Source of the DNA: Lama glama
Lineage: Eukaryota
Reading direction: 5' to 3'
Length of the DNA: 64,000 nt
Assembly (NCBI GenBank): GCA_028534125.1
Contig: CM052817.1
Location: 48,362,001-48,426,000, forward strand
Positions 25,286-37,790 of this stretch are shown piece after piece. The notes beneath the pieces are model-generated. The model was not told the origin of the DNA. It worked only from the letters and a program-made list of their open reading frames with translations, and did not search any database. A program made the position numbers and the translations under genes. Numbering within the stretch: the first letter of the stretch is position 1; every line of letters begins with the position of its first letter.

Positions 25286-26350
25286 CAAAGAAATCTATCC
25301 ATTTAAAAACTCTGCTTAAGGCTAACCCTGCCTTTCCTCCAAGACCAGACTGAAATATCAATTTCTTAAGAAGATGGAGCCTATATGGAAAGGAAGTCCC
25401 TTCAGGATTTAGTCCTGGTTTATTCAAAGGATTGGGGTGTAGTGAGCTGGGTTCCAGACCTAAAGTTAACCATGCTTGGCAAACAGGTATGTGAGAAAAT
25501 ACTTTCAGTTATTCAAAGCCATATATCCTCAAAGTCTGTAGAGCATCTTGCTGGTGATTCCTTCTTGTGTGCATGATTTACATTTTAAATATTCAATTAT
25601 TATTCCCAGATTCCTCATACCAACAGCTAAACTTTTAAAAATACACTTTTTTCCCCAAAAAATCTCTGTCCTCCTGAGACCTAACAAAGTTTCTAGCATG
25701 CATTTCCATTTTGAAGATTTCTATATTGCTTTCAATTTTAATTCTTCTTTCTCCAGAAATGAAAATCTTAGCAATCCAATCTCTCTCCTTCATATACATA
25801 CATTAAAAGTTTGCTGTAAAAAAATGGGATTTAACTATTATTCCCTCTTCCTCATTTGCAATGTAGGACAGAAATTGCTGGGAATTTGAAACTTGTGTCC
25901 ATGGTGAAAGTCTGACAAGAATCAAAGTACAAAGAAATGAGACATAAACAACTGTCTCTAAGACAAAAGGCTTGAAAAGTTAAACTAATCAAATTTAGCT
26001 ATCAGATAGTTGTTTTTGTTTTTCTCATTTATTTGTTTTCAAAATGTAAAAAGCCACTAAAGGAATTTAACTTACAATTTAGATTTTCTGAAACTTGTTA
26101 ATTAATTTTTTAAAACTTTAAAAATTCTACTTAGATGCAATGAAGTGCATGATCCTAAGTGCATAGCTCAATGAGTGTTTACATATATACACTTTCACGT
26201 AACTACTGCCCAAAAGAAGATATAGACTTAAAGCTATATTTGAAAGTTTTATTAGAAAAGGAAAAACAAACAAAAAACCCAAAAATACAACTGCTTGTCT
26301 AAATGAAAAGATTTTTTTTTTTTACTAAATAGTTAAATTTATTTTCATAC

Positions 26351-26466
26351 CTCAAATTCATCTTGAGTACTTTGAACATTGCACCATCTGGCAACAGGTT
26401 CCGGAACCACTTCCCAATCCTCACAGACTTGTTTAAGGATGTTCACAAATGTTGACTTTCCAGCAG
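26351..26466 (-). CDS. DCK: DCK coding exon 2 (116 nt)
   Basis: CAG acceptor, GTATG donor; encodes [39 protein letters not shown] (P-loop GKST, catalytic Glu53); phase fits exon 1. Confidence 0.98.
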
Positions 26467-29400
26467 CTGTTGTGAGAGGAAAAGTGAAACTGAGGAAGGA
26501 AACTTATCAGGAAAAAAAATGCCAAGATGGCCACCAACTTTTACAAAATTTCTAATAGCAAACCATACAAAAAGAAAAACACTCAATTTTCTAAACTTTC
26601 TCTTTTAGATTTTTTTAAAAAGAAAAGTAAAAGTGTCCCTACCAACTTGTATTAAGCACATTTTTTTTTGTTAACTGTTTTTAGTGTACCAAAGCCATGG
26701 AACAGAAGAATTTAAAAATCCTAGTCCTAGACTTACTTTCCTTAAGAAAACAGTTGGAGATAACTCTGTAGGAAGTGGTTAAGGCTATGCTCCCACTTAA
26801 TTAGGTTATGTAATTTTGGGCAAGTCACGGAACCTCCCTGAGCCTGTTTTCTCATAATACAATGGAGACTGTAATAATATCTTCCTCAAGGGAACTGTTG
26901 TGATAAACAAGTCAACAAGACCCTTGCATTTTCAAAATTTTCCTTTCTGCTAGCTCTATTTGTTCAGTTTACAAACAAGCTCAGGTCTTTCCTATCTGAA
27001 ACCAATTTAGAAACAACTAAATTACAAAATTAATATAAAGACACATCCAATGCCTAGAGTTTTAGGATAGGAAATAATATGATTATTATTATGACACTAA
27101 TTATATGGCACGATGGCTAACAGAAATTATAAAAATATGTTTGTAAAGCAATTCCTACAAACAATAGCCATGTTTATTCTGCTTCATTTTCATGGTTCCG
27201 TGCACTCTATCCGACTCCTTAAAAAAAAAAAAGTTGTATGTACTTTACTTCTCCCTGATCATTTACTAGTTTCTGAGCTATTTAGGAGGAAAAAAAACCA
27301 GCTCAGGTATAATCAAGACATTATATTCATTACTTTAAAATTACCTGATAATTCATTTAATTTAATAGTAGGAAAAGTCCTGACCTAGAATTTCACAGGA
27401 TGTAGCAATACTCTTAATGACCACCACACCCTTCCACTGAAGTCACCAAATGTGATTTAGTCATTGGTCGGCATGCTTTCTCTCTCTCTCCATATGTATA
27501 AACAAATGCACACACACATAAACATAAAAAAAAGAAACTGCAGCAGAGCCGCCTCTTTCTTACAAATTGGATCCAAAGAGTGCAAAAAGAGCTGACCTTT
27601 GACTTGAATAATAATCAAACCTAAAACATTACAGCGGGCAACAGAAAAAAAAAAACTGGAAGAATTTTAAAGGGTCACACAGGAAAAAAAAAGAGGGTCA
27701 GTAAGAGGGTGACACAGGGAAAAGACGACAGTTGAGAATCAAAACAAAAAAGTCATATCATCAAAGGACAGGAGAAAAAAAACTTTAAAGAATGAACTAG
27801 GTGACCATCAGGTTTAATCTTAAAAAAAAAACCAAAAAACCCTGGTAACCATGGATTTCACATGAAGAGGGTAAGCATAGAAACTGTAAGGCATTTAGAA
27901 GAAGGGTAAGGAAGCATAAAAAGCTCACCAGACATTCACTGAGCTAGAAGGAGGAAGGAAAGAAAACCTGATGTTAAGAGCACCCAAGGAACACATTAAA
28001 ACATCAGCCGTCAGCCAGTCTGAAAGACCTTAAGGCCAGAGCATTCAGCTTTCTTCTGACACTGCTTACAAACAGAAGTTCATGTGGTCATACTCTGAAA
28101 TTTAAAGATTAATAACAGTTACTCTATAAAATTACTCTTTAGTTTAAGCAGTGTAAAAATTGTTACCTGCAGTTCCCAATCAGACTAATATCCAGTTCCT
28201 GAACCTTGGGGGAGGAAGAGGGGGGCTTGAAAACAAGCTAATTAATTCATTAATATTCTAAGAAGGCAAAGGAGAACAAGAACCAAGGACACTGATGTTG
28301 ATGTTAATACTTTAAAAAGTCATGGGACCTAACAAAATTACTAATGCCAAGCAGGCATTACAATGTCAATAATTATTCTATACAGGCCATTAAGATGAGA
28401 AGTAGGTAAGGCCTCCAAAACTTAACATAAGGGAGTATTTTAGTAACAGAGAACATGAGAAAACAAGTTACATGAGTATGAAATGAAAATAATCAGTTAA
28501 AGTTTACATTCTAGAAAACAGAGGAATCACGAAATACCCTTCTACACCCAGATTAGTGATCTGTACATTTCAAGCTTATTTGGGTCTGGCAAATAAGGCA
28601 GAGGGCACATGAACAATAGTACAAGAGCATTAATAAACAGCTACTGACAAAGCCTCAGTGCTGGGGAAAACAGTTAAATGGTAAGGAATATATTCCATCC
28701 AAACAGCAAACTGTTGTCTTACAAAAACGCAGGCGCAGTGTTGCCAGATCTTCAGATTTTCCAAAGGAAGCCAAGAACCTAGACGTTTATGGGATATCTC
28801 AAAAATGTGAAATTCTACCAACGAATTAAAAAAATTTTTTTTCGAATTTGGACAGGCCAATATTGTGTAAATGCAGGCCATCAGTTTTGCAACTCCTTCC
28901 AGTGTAGGCAATGGGGAGGTCAGAGAATTCTAAGCAGGGGATAAAACAATCACATTTGTATGAAGACTGCTCTGGAAGAATTCAGAGAAACTGGAGATGG
29001 GGTGACATATTAGGAAATAATTTCAGGTGCCAAGAAGATTAAAGATGCTTGGAAGGAAGTAAATTTCTTCTATGATATGTTGCTTAACTAGATTTAGGAA
29101 AGGGAAGGGATTAATTCATTGTGGTATGGATCTGAGAGGCTGTTCATTCAAATTTACTTTTGAAATGGCTTTGTTCAATTACTTTCTCTGTCTTTATATT
29201 TGGTCTTCCATATCCAATAAGTAGCTGTGAGGAGTCATACTAGTAAACATACACCTTCAAAGAATTTATCCAGATAAGAAGGTGAGAGTCTATTACATGA
29301 ATCTTTCCCACTGGTGCCTTAATACTGGAGCAATGAAACAAGATGTCCTCTTTGAGGGTGTGTTCAGCTTTTTCTATTCCTTGGAATGCCACTAAAGTAT

Positions 29401-29719
29401 CTGCTTGTCTTGCCTTTTAAAACAGGTATAAGTGCTTTGAATGTGGTAAGAAGTAAAACACTTGCTGTATGCATGAATAGCCAATATCTAACTTGGAACT
29501 AAAAAAAAATCCTATCAAAACAGGAAGTATCAAGCATAGGTTTCCTGTGGTAGGAATAGAGAAGAACCAGAAGTTCTCATATATCCTGTAAAATGACATC
29601 TGGATTAAGAACAGAAATAGTAGTGGTCTTTGAATTATAACACAATGTTTACTTGGATGCTGGGTAGGGGAGTTCAGAACTCTATGCTGCTGAGATCATT
29701 AAAAAACTCTTTCCTTGTT

Positions 29720-30172
29720 CTCGAATGTTTATAGCAGTTTTATTCATAATCTGAAAATTGGGAGCAATCCAAATGTCCACAACTGGGGAAGAGAGAAACT
29801 GTGGTATATCCACGCAATGGGCTATTACTTAGCAACAAAAAAGAACAAACCACAGAGACAAGCAACACGAATAAATCTAAAAGCATTATGCTAAATCAGA
29901 GAAGCAAGACACAAAAGGCTACATAGTCTAATTCCATTTATATGACATTCTGGAAAAGGCAAAACTGACAGGCAATAGAAATCAGACACTGTTTGCCAGG
30001 GGACAGGAATGGAGAGGGGGTTGACTACTAAGGAGCACGAGGGAACTTTCTGCATTGATGGGAAGGTTCTGAATCTTGATTTTGGTGGTAATAAAACATT
30101 ATGTTTGTCAAACCTCATGGAGGAATACACCTAAAAAGGGACAATGAATCTATGTAAATTGTACTTCAATAA
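29720..30172 (+). mobile_element. L1M 3' end bordering the CpG island
   Basis: gaatgtttatagcagttttattcataat, attccatttatatgacattctggaaaaggcaaaact, tatgtaaattgtacttcaataa. Confidence 0.8.
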
Positions 30173-30209
30173 CTGACACACAGACATTTCCCTTTTAAAA
30201 GCAAACCTT

Positions 30210-31130
30210 CATTTGCGCGACCCCAACAAAGAGGATGAAAGGGCTCCCAAGCGCGCCTCACCAAGGCCCGCAGGCCAAGGCGCGCAGCTTCCCGCCCAGG
30301 AGCCGCCGCCACCCTCGGGGCACCGGAGGGAAGCTGGGGAGGGCAGACGGATGCTTTCGGCGGAACGGGAATTTGAGTGCTTGCCCGCATCCCCAGGACC
30401 AGGAAGGGAGGAAAGCCCTCACTGAGGAGCGGCAGAGATGCAGCGAAGGGGCGCTTCAGCCGCAGCCATCGCCGTCCCTGCCTTGGGACCAACATTTCCC
30501 GAGGTGCCTTACCGATGTTTCCTTCGATGGAAATTTTCTTGACACGGGTCCCCTCAGAGCTGGTTGCCGGAGACGGGCAGCTCCTCTTGGGTGGGGTGGC
30601 CATGCCTCTCCTGGTGGCGGCCCGAGCGCGTCGGGCAGCGAGCGCTGGGAGGTGTCCACAGGTGCACGCGCCGGGGCTCGCGGCGCCAAATGTGCCGGGA
30701 CCTGCAGCCTGAACTGGAAGCTCTCCGGCTGGCGGATCTACGAGTTTGATTTTGGCGCGCGGAGGCCGCTGCCGACGGGGGCGGGACTGCGAAGAGGCCG
30801 CCCGCCCAGCGGGAAGCCACGCCCCCGCCGTCTCCTAAACCTGCGAACCCTCCGCGGCCCCCAGGCCTTCGCCCGCCTCGAGCGGGGCGCCTGCGTGCGC
30901 GCCCGCACGTCGGGTCACGGCGCAGCGGAGGGCGGGGCCGCGCGCGCGCCGTGAGGCGTTCCTTCCCGGTACATGGGGGCGTGGGCGTTCCCGGGATCGT
31001 CTGGGAACCGCGGGCGTGCGCCCCAGGTCAGAGGGCGTCCGCGGGCAGAGGGCGTTGTCTGACCTCTTCACCTAGAGTGGGCTGGGCTTTGGAGAATTCG
31101 CCTGTCCCGTGGGGCGTGTGGGTTCAGAGC
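30210..31130. promoter_or_regulatory. DCK CpG-island promoter with E2F and Sp/KLF sites
   Basis: Abrupt GC- and CpG-rich block spanning exon 1. E2F consensus TTTGGCGC at 30751-30758 (+) and 30683-30690 (-); GC boxes at 30778-30787 and 30930-30938; no TATA box seen. Confidence 0.9.
30513..30603 (-). CDS. DCK: Deoxycytidine kinase, coding exon 1 (91 nt)
   Basis: Translates MATPPKRSCPSPATSSEGTRVKKISIEGNI, the recognisable dCK N-terminus with the start of the P-loop; ends at a G|GTAAG donor; lies in a CpG island. Confidence 0.98.
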
Positions 31131-31334
31131 GTCTGGACGGAACTGGTTGGACTTGAGACTTTGAACTCTCCAGGGGAGGGGCAGTGAGTAGCAGGAAAAT
31201 CGAACGTATTAATTACCCTGTGTGCTAAGCCTGGAGGACTATCATCAGGCCAGGTGGCGCTGGGCAGCCCAGCTTTCACGGAATGTATGGCATTCTTAAT
31301 GTGTGCCAGACATTATTTCCAGCGTTATTCCTGG

Positions 31335-31680
31335 TGTTACGGAAATGACAGGCCAGCCAAGAAACAAGCACCACTCGGAGGGTTGGAGTACTCAGATTTA
31401 TTACGCCGGCGGGCTCAGAGGGGCTTCTGCTCNNNNNNNNNNNNNNNNNNNNNNNNNNNNNNNNNNNNNNNNNNNNNNNNNNNNNNNNNNNNNNNNNNNN
31501 NNNNNNNNNNNNNNNNNNNNNNNNNNNNNNNNAAAAAAACATGAACAGGGAATCAGCAAACCAACAATAATTAACTCAGATTTATAAGTTAGCCCAGCAG
31601 AACTCAGATCAGTAATCCGACACTTGTTACACTTAGATTTGTGAGTTAGCTTGTTAGCCCAGCTGGGCTTTTCCTTCACA
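31335..31680 (-). mobile_element. Solo ERV1-type LTR spanning the assembly gap
   Basis: TGT...ACA termini; 4-bp TSD CTGG at 31331-31334 and 31681-31684; minus-strand AATAAA at 31397-31402. Confidence 0.75.
31433..31532. other. Assembly gap (100 N, true size unknown)
   Basis: Run of N. Confidence 1.
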
Positions 31681-31887
31681 CTGGAGTAACTAGCAATCGA
31701 ATGCCGGAGATCCTACCATTAGCCCTATTTATCCTCTTCCTGTGAGGAAACGGACACTGAGAGGTTACCTGTTGAAAGTCTCAAAGTCAGTGAGTAGAGC
31801 CGGAATGGGAATTTAGGTATTCAGATGCCACCCCACAGGAAGCCTTTCCTGATCTCTCATATCCTGATTTGGATGCCTTGTTTGTGC

Positions 31888-32334
31888 TGAAGGGGAGCAG
31901 AGTTGGCCATTCCAAAATGTGCCACTTAGGCATATTACTTTGAATAAGGACACCCTGACCCTCTTGTTCCTCCTGAAAGCAGCATATAAATCTCCCAAGT
32001 AAAAGGTACCCTCCCTGTATCAGGAAGGTAGAGGGCATCCTTATCACCAGATATTGGAAATTTAAGGCAGAGAAGGCTAGATGAATAAACCTTGTTACTG
32101 CTTCGTCAGTTTACTACAGCAGGCCCAAACCCCTTCGCCTTGTCAATCGTCACAAATTTATTGCCTCTTTTTCTAAAAGGTATAAAACCTTCCTGCTTTG
32201 GTCATTTCATTGAGTCTCCTATTTTTATGGGGCTCCCACACGTAATTGGTTTTTCTCCTGTTAATCTGTCTGAGATCGATTTAATTATTAGACAAGTCAA
32301 ACAACCTAAGAGGGAACATTTCTCCACCCCTACC
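31888..32334 (+). mobile_element. MER34-like ERV1 LTR
   Basis: ccattccaaaatgtgccacttaggcata near the start, TATAAAA, and ttttctcctgttaatctgtct...cccctac at the end. Confidence 0.7.
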
Positions 32335-34762
32335 ATGCCGTGAAGAAGTTACCATACTGGGTAGGTTTCTGTTCAGCATGACTATAAGCTTAATTAGCTT
32401 TGCATGACCTACACTTGGCACATAGTTAACTAATGTATGTTGAATTTTGAATGCCTACTTATGTGCCATACACTCTGCTAGATGACTATTTTAGCTGCAG
32501 ACAAATGCACTGTAGAAACACCTAGAGGAATTCATTTTTAATCATAGTAAAGACTTAGTAAACAGACCACCCCCCAGTCTAGAAGTTCCCAAGTTCAAAT
32601 TGTCTACAGAAACCAAAGGCCCGGTTCTTTTCTCCCTTACAACTATCATGACCTGAGATGCATCTAAAAGTGAGGTCAGAAAAGGAGGGTAAATGGTGAA
32701 TCTGTTCTCAGAAATAAAGGGCAGAAATCAAAATGTGATTCCATGGGGAACTCTAGAATGAAAACTGCAAATATCTTTTTTTTGATAACAGTTCTGTATT
32801 ATCTTGTTACACTGTTATTTTATGTGTATTACTTTTTGTTTATCCCTACAGTGATTAGTAGCAGAATCCTTGAAATGAAAAGGGCCTTAATACTTGACAT
32901 CAGGATGGCGAGGAAGCTGGGGAAGCTATGAACCAGGAAACGGTAAGGGTATGGGCAGCTACTGAGAGAGGAATAAGGGAGAGTAAGTCTCTGAGACCTT
33001 CAAACAGGAGGAAAGTGGAACTAAGTCCCATATGGATCCGATAAAGATGTTTGGGTTTAAGAAGTAGAAATCTCCAAGTGTGGTCTCCAGCCCCCCAAAA
33101 CTAAACAAAAACCAAAACCAAAAAAAGTACTTGTATAGTGGAGTGATTAAGAATTTAAGCACTAGAAACAAATTCCAGCTCTGCCAGTTTCTGGCTGTGA
33201 AAACTTGAGTTGTTCCACATTTAAGAGTGTACATCAAAAATGCAAATGAAGTAAACAGGGAAACAGGGAACCTAACTGTGCTGACATCAAGTTCAGCATA
33301 ATTTCCCATTACCCTACATAACCTGTGGAGAACACCAGGAAGAGACTAGAGAAAAAGCACTTTCAAAGGCACCTCCCTAATTTTTGTCCACAATCTCTTA
33401 TCTGAACCCTTGTAAATCAATTGTTTCACAATTCTTTGAACTTTGAAATTAGAAAAGAAAGTCATATGCTATATAAATATTATGTAGCCATTCCGCACTC
33501 TTCTGCATAAGTGTTAAATACACTAACGTTCTGCAGTGAAAACGTTTTTAAATTAAGTGGGATAAAGACTATTAATCTCAGATCAGGTTCAGTTTGCACT
33601 GAATTCAAGAAAATACCGGTTTTCTGAACTTTTCAGATTCTGGAATTGCAGATAGAATACAGGGTATTGGAACACTCAACCAGGCTTGACCATTCTACCA
33701 TCTTAACTCTTCCTTGCCAGAAATTTTCCTACTCCTTCAGTTTGAGAATTCCTTCTCTCTTACGGAAATGCTGGTGTAACTTAAGAATGAAACAGGGTCT
33801 CCTGACTGATAACATACAGGTTTATTAAGAAGAAACCAACTGAGAAAACAAGAACAAAGGCAGAAAAAATATCAGGCTCTGAACATTGATAAGTGGTGGT
33901 CACACAGCCCATGCCTTTGTGGACACTAACCCAACAACATCTGTAAAAGGATGTTTGTCAACTTAATCAGCTTGCTTAATAAATTTCTCCTTGCAACCTT
34001 TGTTACTGCCTAGAAAACAGAAGGATGCAGAAGCCATCATAAAAGCAAGAGTGGGAAGTCAGGGTGCTTTCAGCATAGGAAGAAGCCATCAGCCCTATAG
34101 AGCAAAGGAACTTATATTTTGCTGCATTCTTGTAAAGGTGAACTTAAGTCATCAAAAAATAATGACACTGTAATAATTATGCTGTTTGAAACAGCAGTGT
34201 AAAATATCTATTAAGCATGGCTGTTCAAGTATTATTTAGTAATTATTTAGAACCTTTGTTACCAAAATGCATCATTATCATTCCAGACATTATATAATAA
34301 AAGAATTAACTATTTAAATTTAATACATTAGAGGCAGATCAACCTAATTATCAGAATAGTTAATGTTTATATGAGTATGTGTAGACTTCTTTACACACAG
34401 TAGATGCTTTGTACATGCTATATGTGCAGAATAACAAGGTGTTTTTATTAAAGCATGCAGACACAGTCCACATCAGCATGGACTCACATTTTCTACTCCT
34501 AGTCTTTATCTCAAATACCAGTTAGTGACATTGGGCTACTTTGGCGACTACCATCAAAATATTTTCAACTTAATGGTCCAAACACAAATGCCTCTAACCA
34601 TAAATACATCTAAATAATGATACTCTAAGAATACTCTAAAATACACATTTCCTTTTGATACTTAGGTATCAGGGTAAAATGAAGATTCTCCCATACTCTT
34701 TAATGGTCTATAATGAAGACAAAATATTAAGTAAAATCTTAGCTTGACAGAAAGGTCAAGCT

Positions 34763-34973
34763 CGTAGAATAGATAAACAAGATTATACTGTATAGCACAG
34801 GGAAATATATACAAGATCTTATGGTAGCTCACAGAGAAAAAAATGTTGACAATGAATATATATGTTCATGTATAACTGAAAAATTGTGCTTTACACTGGA
34901 ATTTGACACAACATTGTAAAATGATTATAAATCAATAAAAAATGTTTTAAAAAAAGACTAATCAAACTAAAAA
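34763..34973 (+). mobile_element. Young, 5'-truncated L1 3' end in the MOB1B 3' UTR region
   Basis: tactgtatagcacagggaaatatat...aatcaataaaaaa; perfect 12-bp TSD AAAGGTCAAGCT at 34751-34762 and 34974-34985. Confidence 0.88.
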
Positions 34974-37349
34974 AAAGGTCAAGCTATATATATATATATA
35001 AATAATTATTTTGCTAACTATTTTCAAGGTAATAGTATATTTAAAGAATAAACAAAACACTAGCTTCAAGGTCAAGCATATTTGGGTTTTTAAACCCTAG
35101 TCCTAATCAGTGACTTACACAATTTTCTGAACTTTTGTTTTCTAGTACAGAAGACAGAGACACTAATTTCTAGGGTTGTTTTCAACATTATAAAAAAATA
35201 TAATGCCTAACAAATTTTAAATGTTCAACATATTTCGTACACCTTCAATATTTTTCTAGGAACGTTTTCAGTGTGGGAATACCTAAAGCAAAAATAAATA
35301 GTAATGCAAAGTCAGGATTCATGGCCAAACATAACTATTTATTATTATTTTTAAATAAACATTCAGCTTCTTCCTTTAAAAAAACCCTAAAATTTAAATA
35401 TTTCCAATCCCATCACATACAAGTCTGTATACATTATTTACATCTCTCAGTTAAAACATATTACAGATTCTCTGATATTCAGTATCCTCCTTTAAAACAA
35501 AAATGACGAAGCAATTGAAGTTTGATCAATGACGACAACAATTTGAGTAATCTTGGCACAGTTTACAATATGGCGCCCACACTGCATTTCAGGTGTTAGA
35601 CCATTTTTTTCCCTTCCAGCTACTTTACTAGAGGAACTGTCCATCTCCAGGAGAGCAGGGTCCTGTCCTTACTCATGTTCTACAATACTTGCAGTGTGAG
35701 TGCTGCCTCTTGCTTCCATTTCTGGCACTGGCAGTTTTGTCCTCAGAAATGATCCTATTCAAACTTTAAGTGGTCTCATGTTTATTGTACTCTCTCTCAA
35801 CCTAGATTTCATGATGCTGTTGGTAGATTATTTTAAGTAGTAATGTATAGGAAAAGTTCAAATAAAATAAAAGTTTTCCTCACAAGATTAGTGCCATTAC
35901 CAACCTACTTATGCATGTACAAAAATAAGAAATACAATTTAGTGGCTGTAAAAAACTATTTCCCCTAAAAATAGTTATCTCTGCAGAACAATTTAAGGAG
36001 AGAAGTGTTCTTAAAATGAAAATGTGTTAATCTATTTCACAACCTGCACAATTAAGTAAACAAAAAAAATGAAAACGTGCAAATCTGTAAGAAACACCCA
36101 CACATATAAGAATTTAATAATATGTAACAGAAATTAAATATTAAAATTTTAAAATTATATCACTCATAATCTCAGCTTATGTGACAGAAAGCAAGCCATC
36201 AACCACAACCAAAAATGCTTATGTTAAGTTGTATCTTTCAACACTTCAGCTGCAAACTATGTACTGACAGCAATTACTTCAGAATCACTAACAATGAGGA
36301 CCTACACAATCAACCTGTTTTGTTTTTCATGTCTGTGTGTGTGTTGCAGGGGTACGGGGTGGGGGCAGTGTAGAAGATGACAGGTAAACATACAGCTTGG
36401 AAAGGCCAGTGAGTTCGCTCTGAGAATTGTAATCCAAAGTTTTCTATTGTATAGTATTTTAATAGGAAAAGAAATTTGCATCACACTTGCAAAACTGAGA
36501 GTAGTCAGTATTTTAATGTTACTTTCTCTCTTTTGTCAAAGTTTAAGTTCCAGTTGAGCTACAAGTGGCAGACATGGAGCACAGTTTTATACTTTCAAAA
36601 ATGAATTTTTCTCCATGATGAGCTCATTAGGAAAGCCTCAAAAATTCAAATTGTCTGCAGTCAGAACTGTTATATCTCAAAATTAAACTTTTCCATTAAA
36701 TCTTGAAATAGCTTTACCTCTAAATAAGTATCTCATACACCATTAAACTGATAGCTTAATTCCTATGGTGATACTTAATATTATGACAAAACTCTGATAC
36801 TTAAATTATTTTAGGAGTGGTCCTTCAAGTATAGATCTAGAATAGTGTTTCTAGGAATTGGTATATTCCTTAATATCCCAGGTAAGTTTCAAAATAGGTT
36901 TTCCTCTTGGTATGTAGTGACAAATATACTTCTTGTCCTGTATCTTTAAAAAGATGTTCAAAATGTTAGTTATAAATGACATATAAAATGATTATACAAT
37001 TTGAAATATTATATCTGTGATACACACTTTAATTCAGCATAATTAATACACAAAATGTATTCCAATTTCTTTGTACAATGACCTCCACTCTTTAAATTGT
37101 TCGTTTGAGTGAAAGTAAGTTTAAAAAAAAGGGATGGAGGTAAGTTGTTTCCTTAAGCTACTCCTATCTTAAATATTGGGGTTTTTTTGGGTTTTTTTTA
37201 CTATCCATTCAATCAAAACTACCCTACAGTAATCAAGGTATGATCCAAAAGTTATCAGAGAAAGGAACAAAAAACAGAAAATTTTAAAAAGACTTTGATT
37301 TTTTAAATTATATTTAACTGTAAAATAATTAAATTTTTAAAAATAAAAT

Positions 37350-37790
37350 AAAACTTATACATCCAAATGATACTGTCTACTTCAAAGTAGTGACATCAGG
37401 AAACTACTCCTTTATTAAACGATGCTACAAATCAATGCTCAAAACATTTTCTTCTGCAAATTCAGAGCCCATGGCAGTCTTTTGAATGTCCGTAACAGTT
37501 TAGTTCTAAGAAAACAGCCAAGTAGAGTTGTTTTGGTGAGTGAGACAGGTCATATTAAGCTTCCAGTAAAGTTTTCGGTTCAACTAAAATGATAAAATAA
37601 ACTTTCTTGCAAAGTCATAAACCGATTCTCAAGGGATTTCTGAAAGTGTTCCCAAAACACTTATACCTTTGCAGCATTGCTAGAAGTAGACCTGCCAAAG
37701 AAAACACTCTGAAGATCAACTCTCACCTGGATGTTTAAGATATGACACTTATTTTAAAAAGAAGTCCTACAACTTAAGAATTGTACCTCA
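37350..37790. mobile_element. Ancient mariner-derived (MARNA-like) element; a second fragment lies at about 420-760
   Basis: Degenerate inverted arms containing gcagcat...ctttgaag...tca(t/c)(t/c)tggatgt. Confidence 0.45.

Noticed and set aside
30166..30512. Extension of the 145-aa ORF beyond DCK exon 1
   Set aside because: Read-through into intron 1 past a consensus GTAAG donor; similarity to dCK stops at the donor.
30235..30954. 239-aa plus-strand ORF and other overlapping ORFs across the DCK promoter
   Set aside because: Stop-poor GC-rich CpG island giving low-complexity Arg/Gly/Ala/Pro translations with no recognisable domain.
31254..31679. ORFs spanning the N-run
   Set aside because: Artefacts of the assembly gap.
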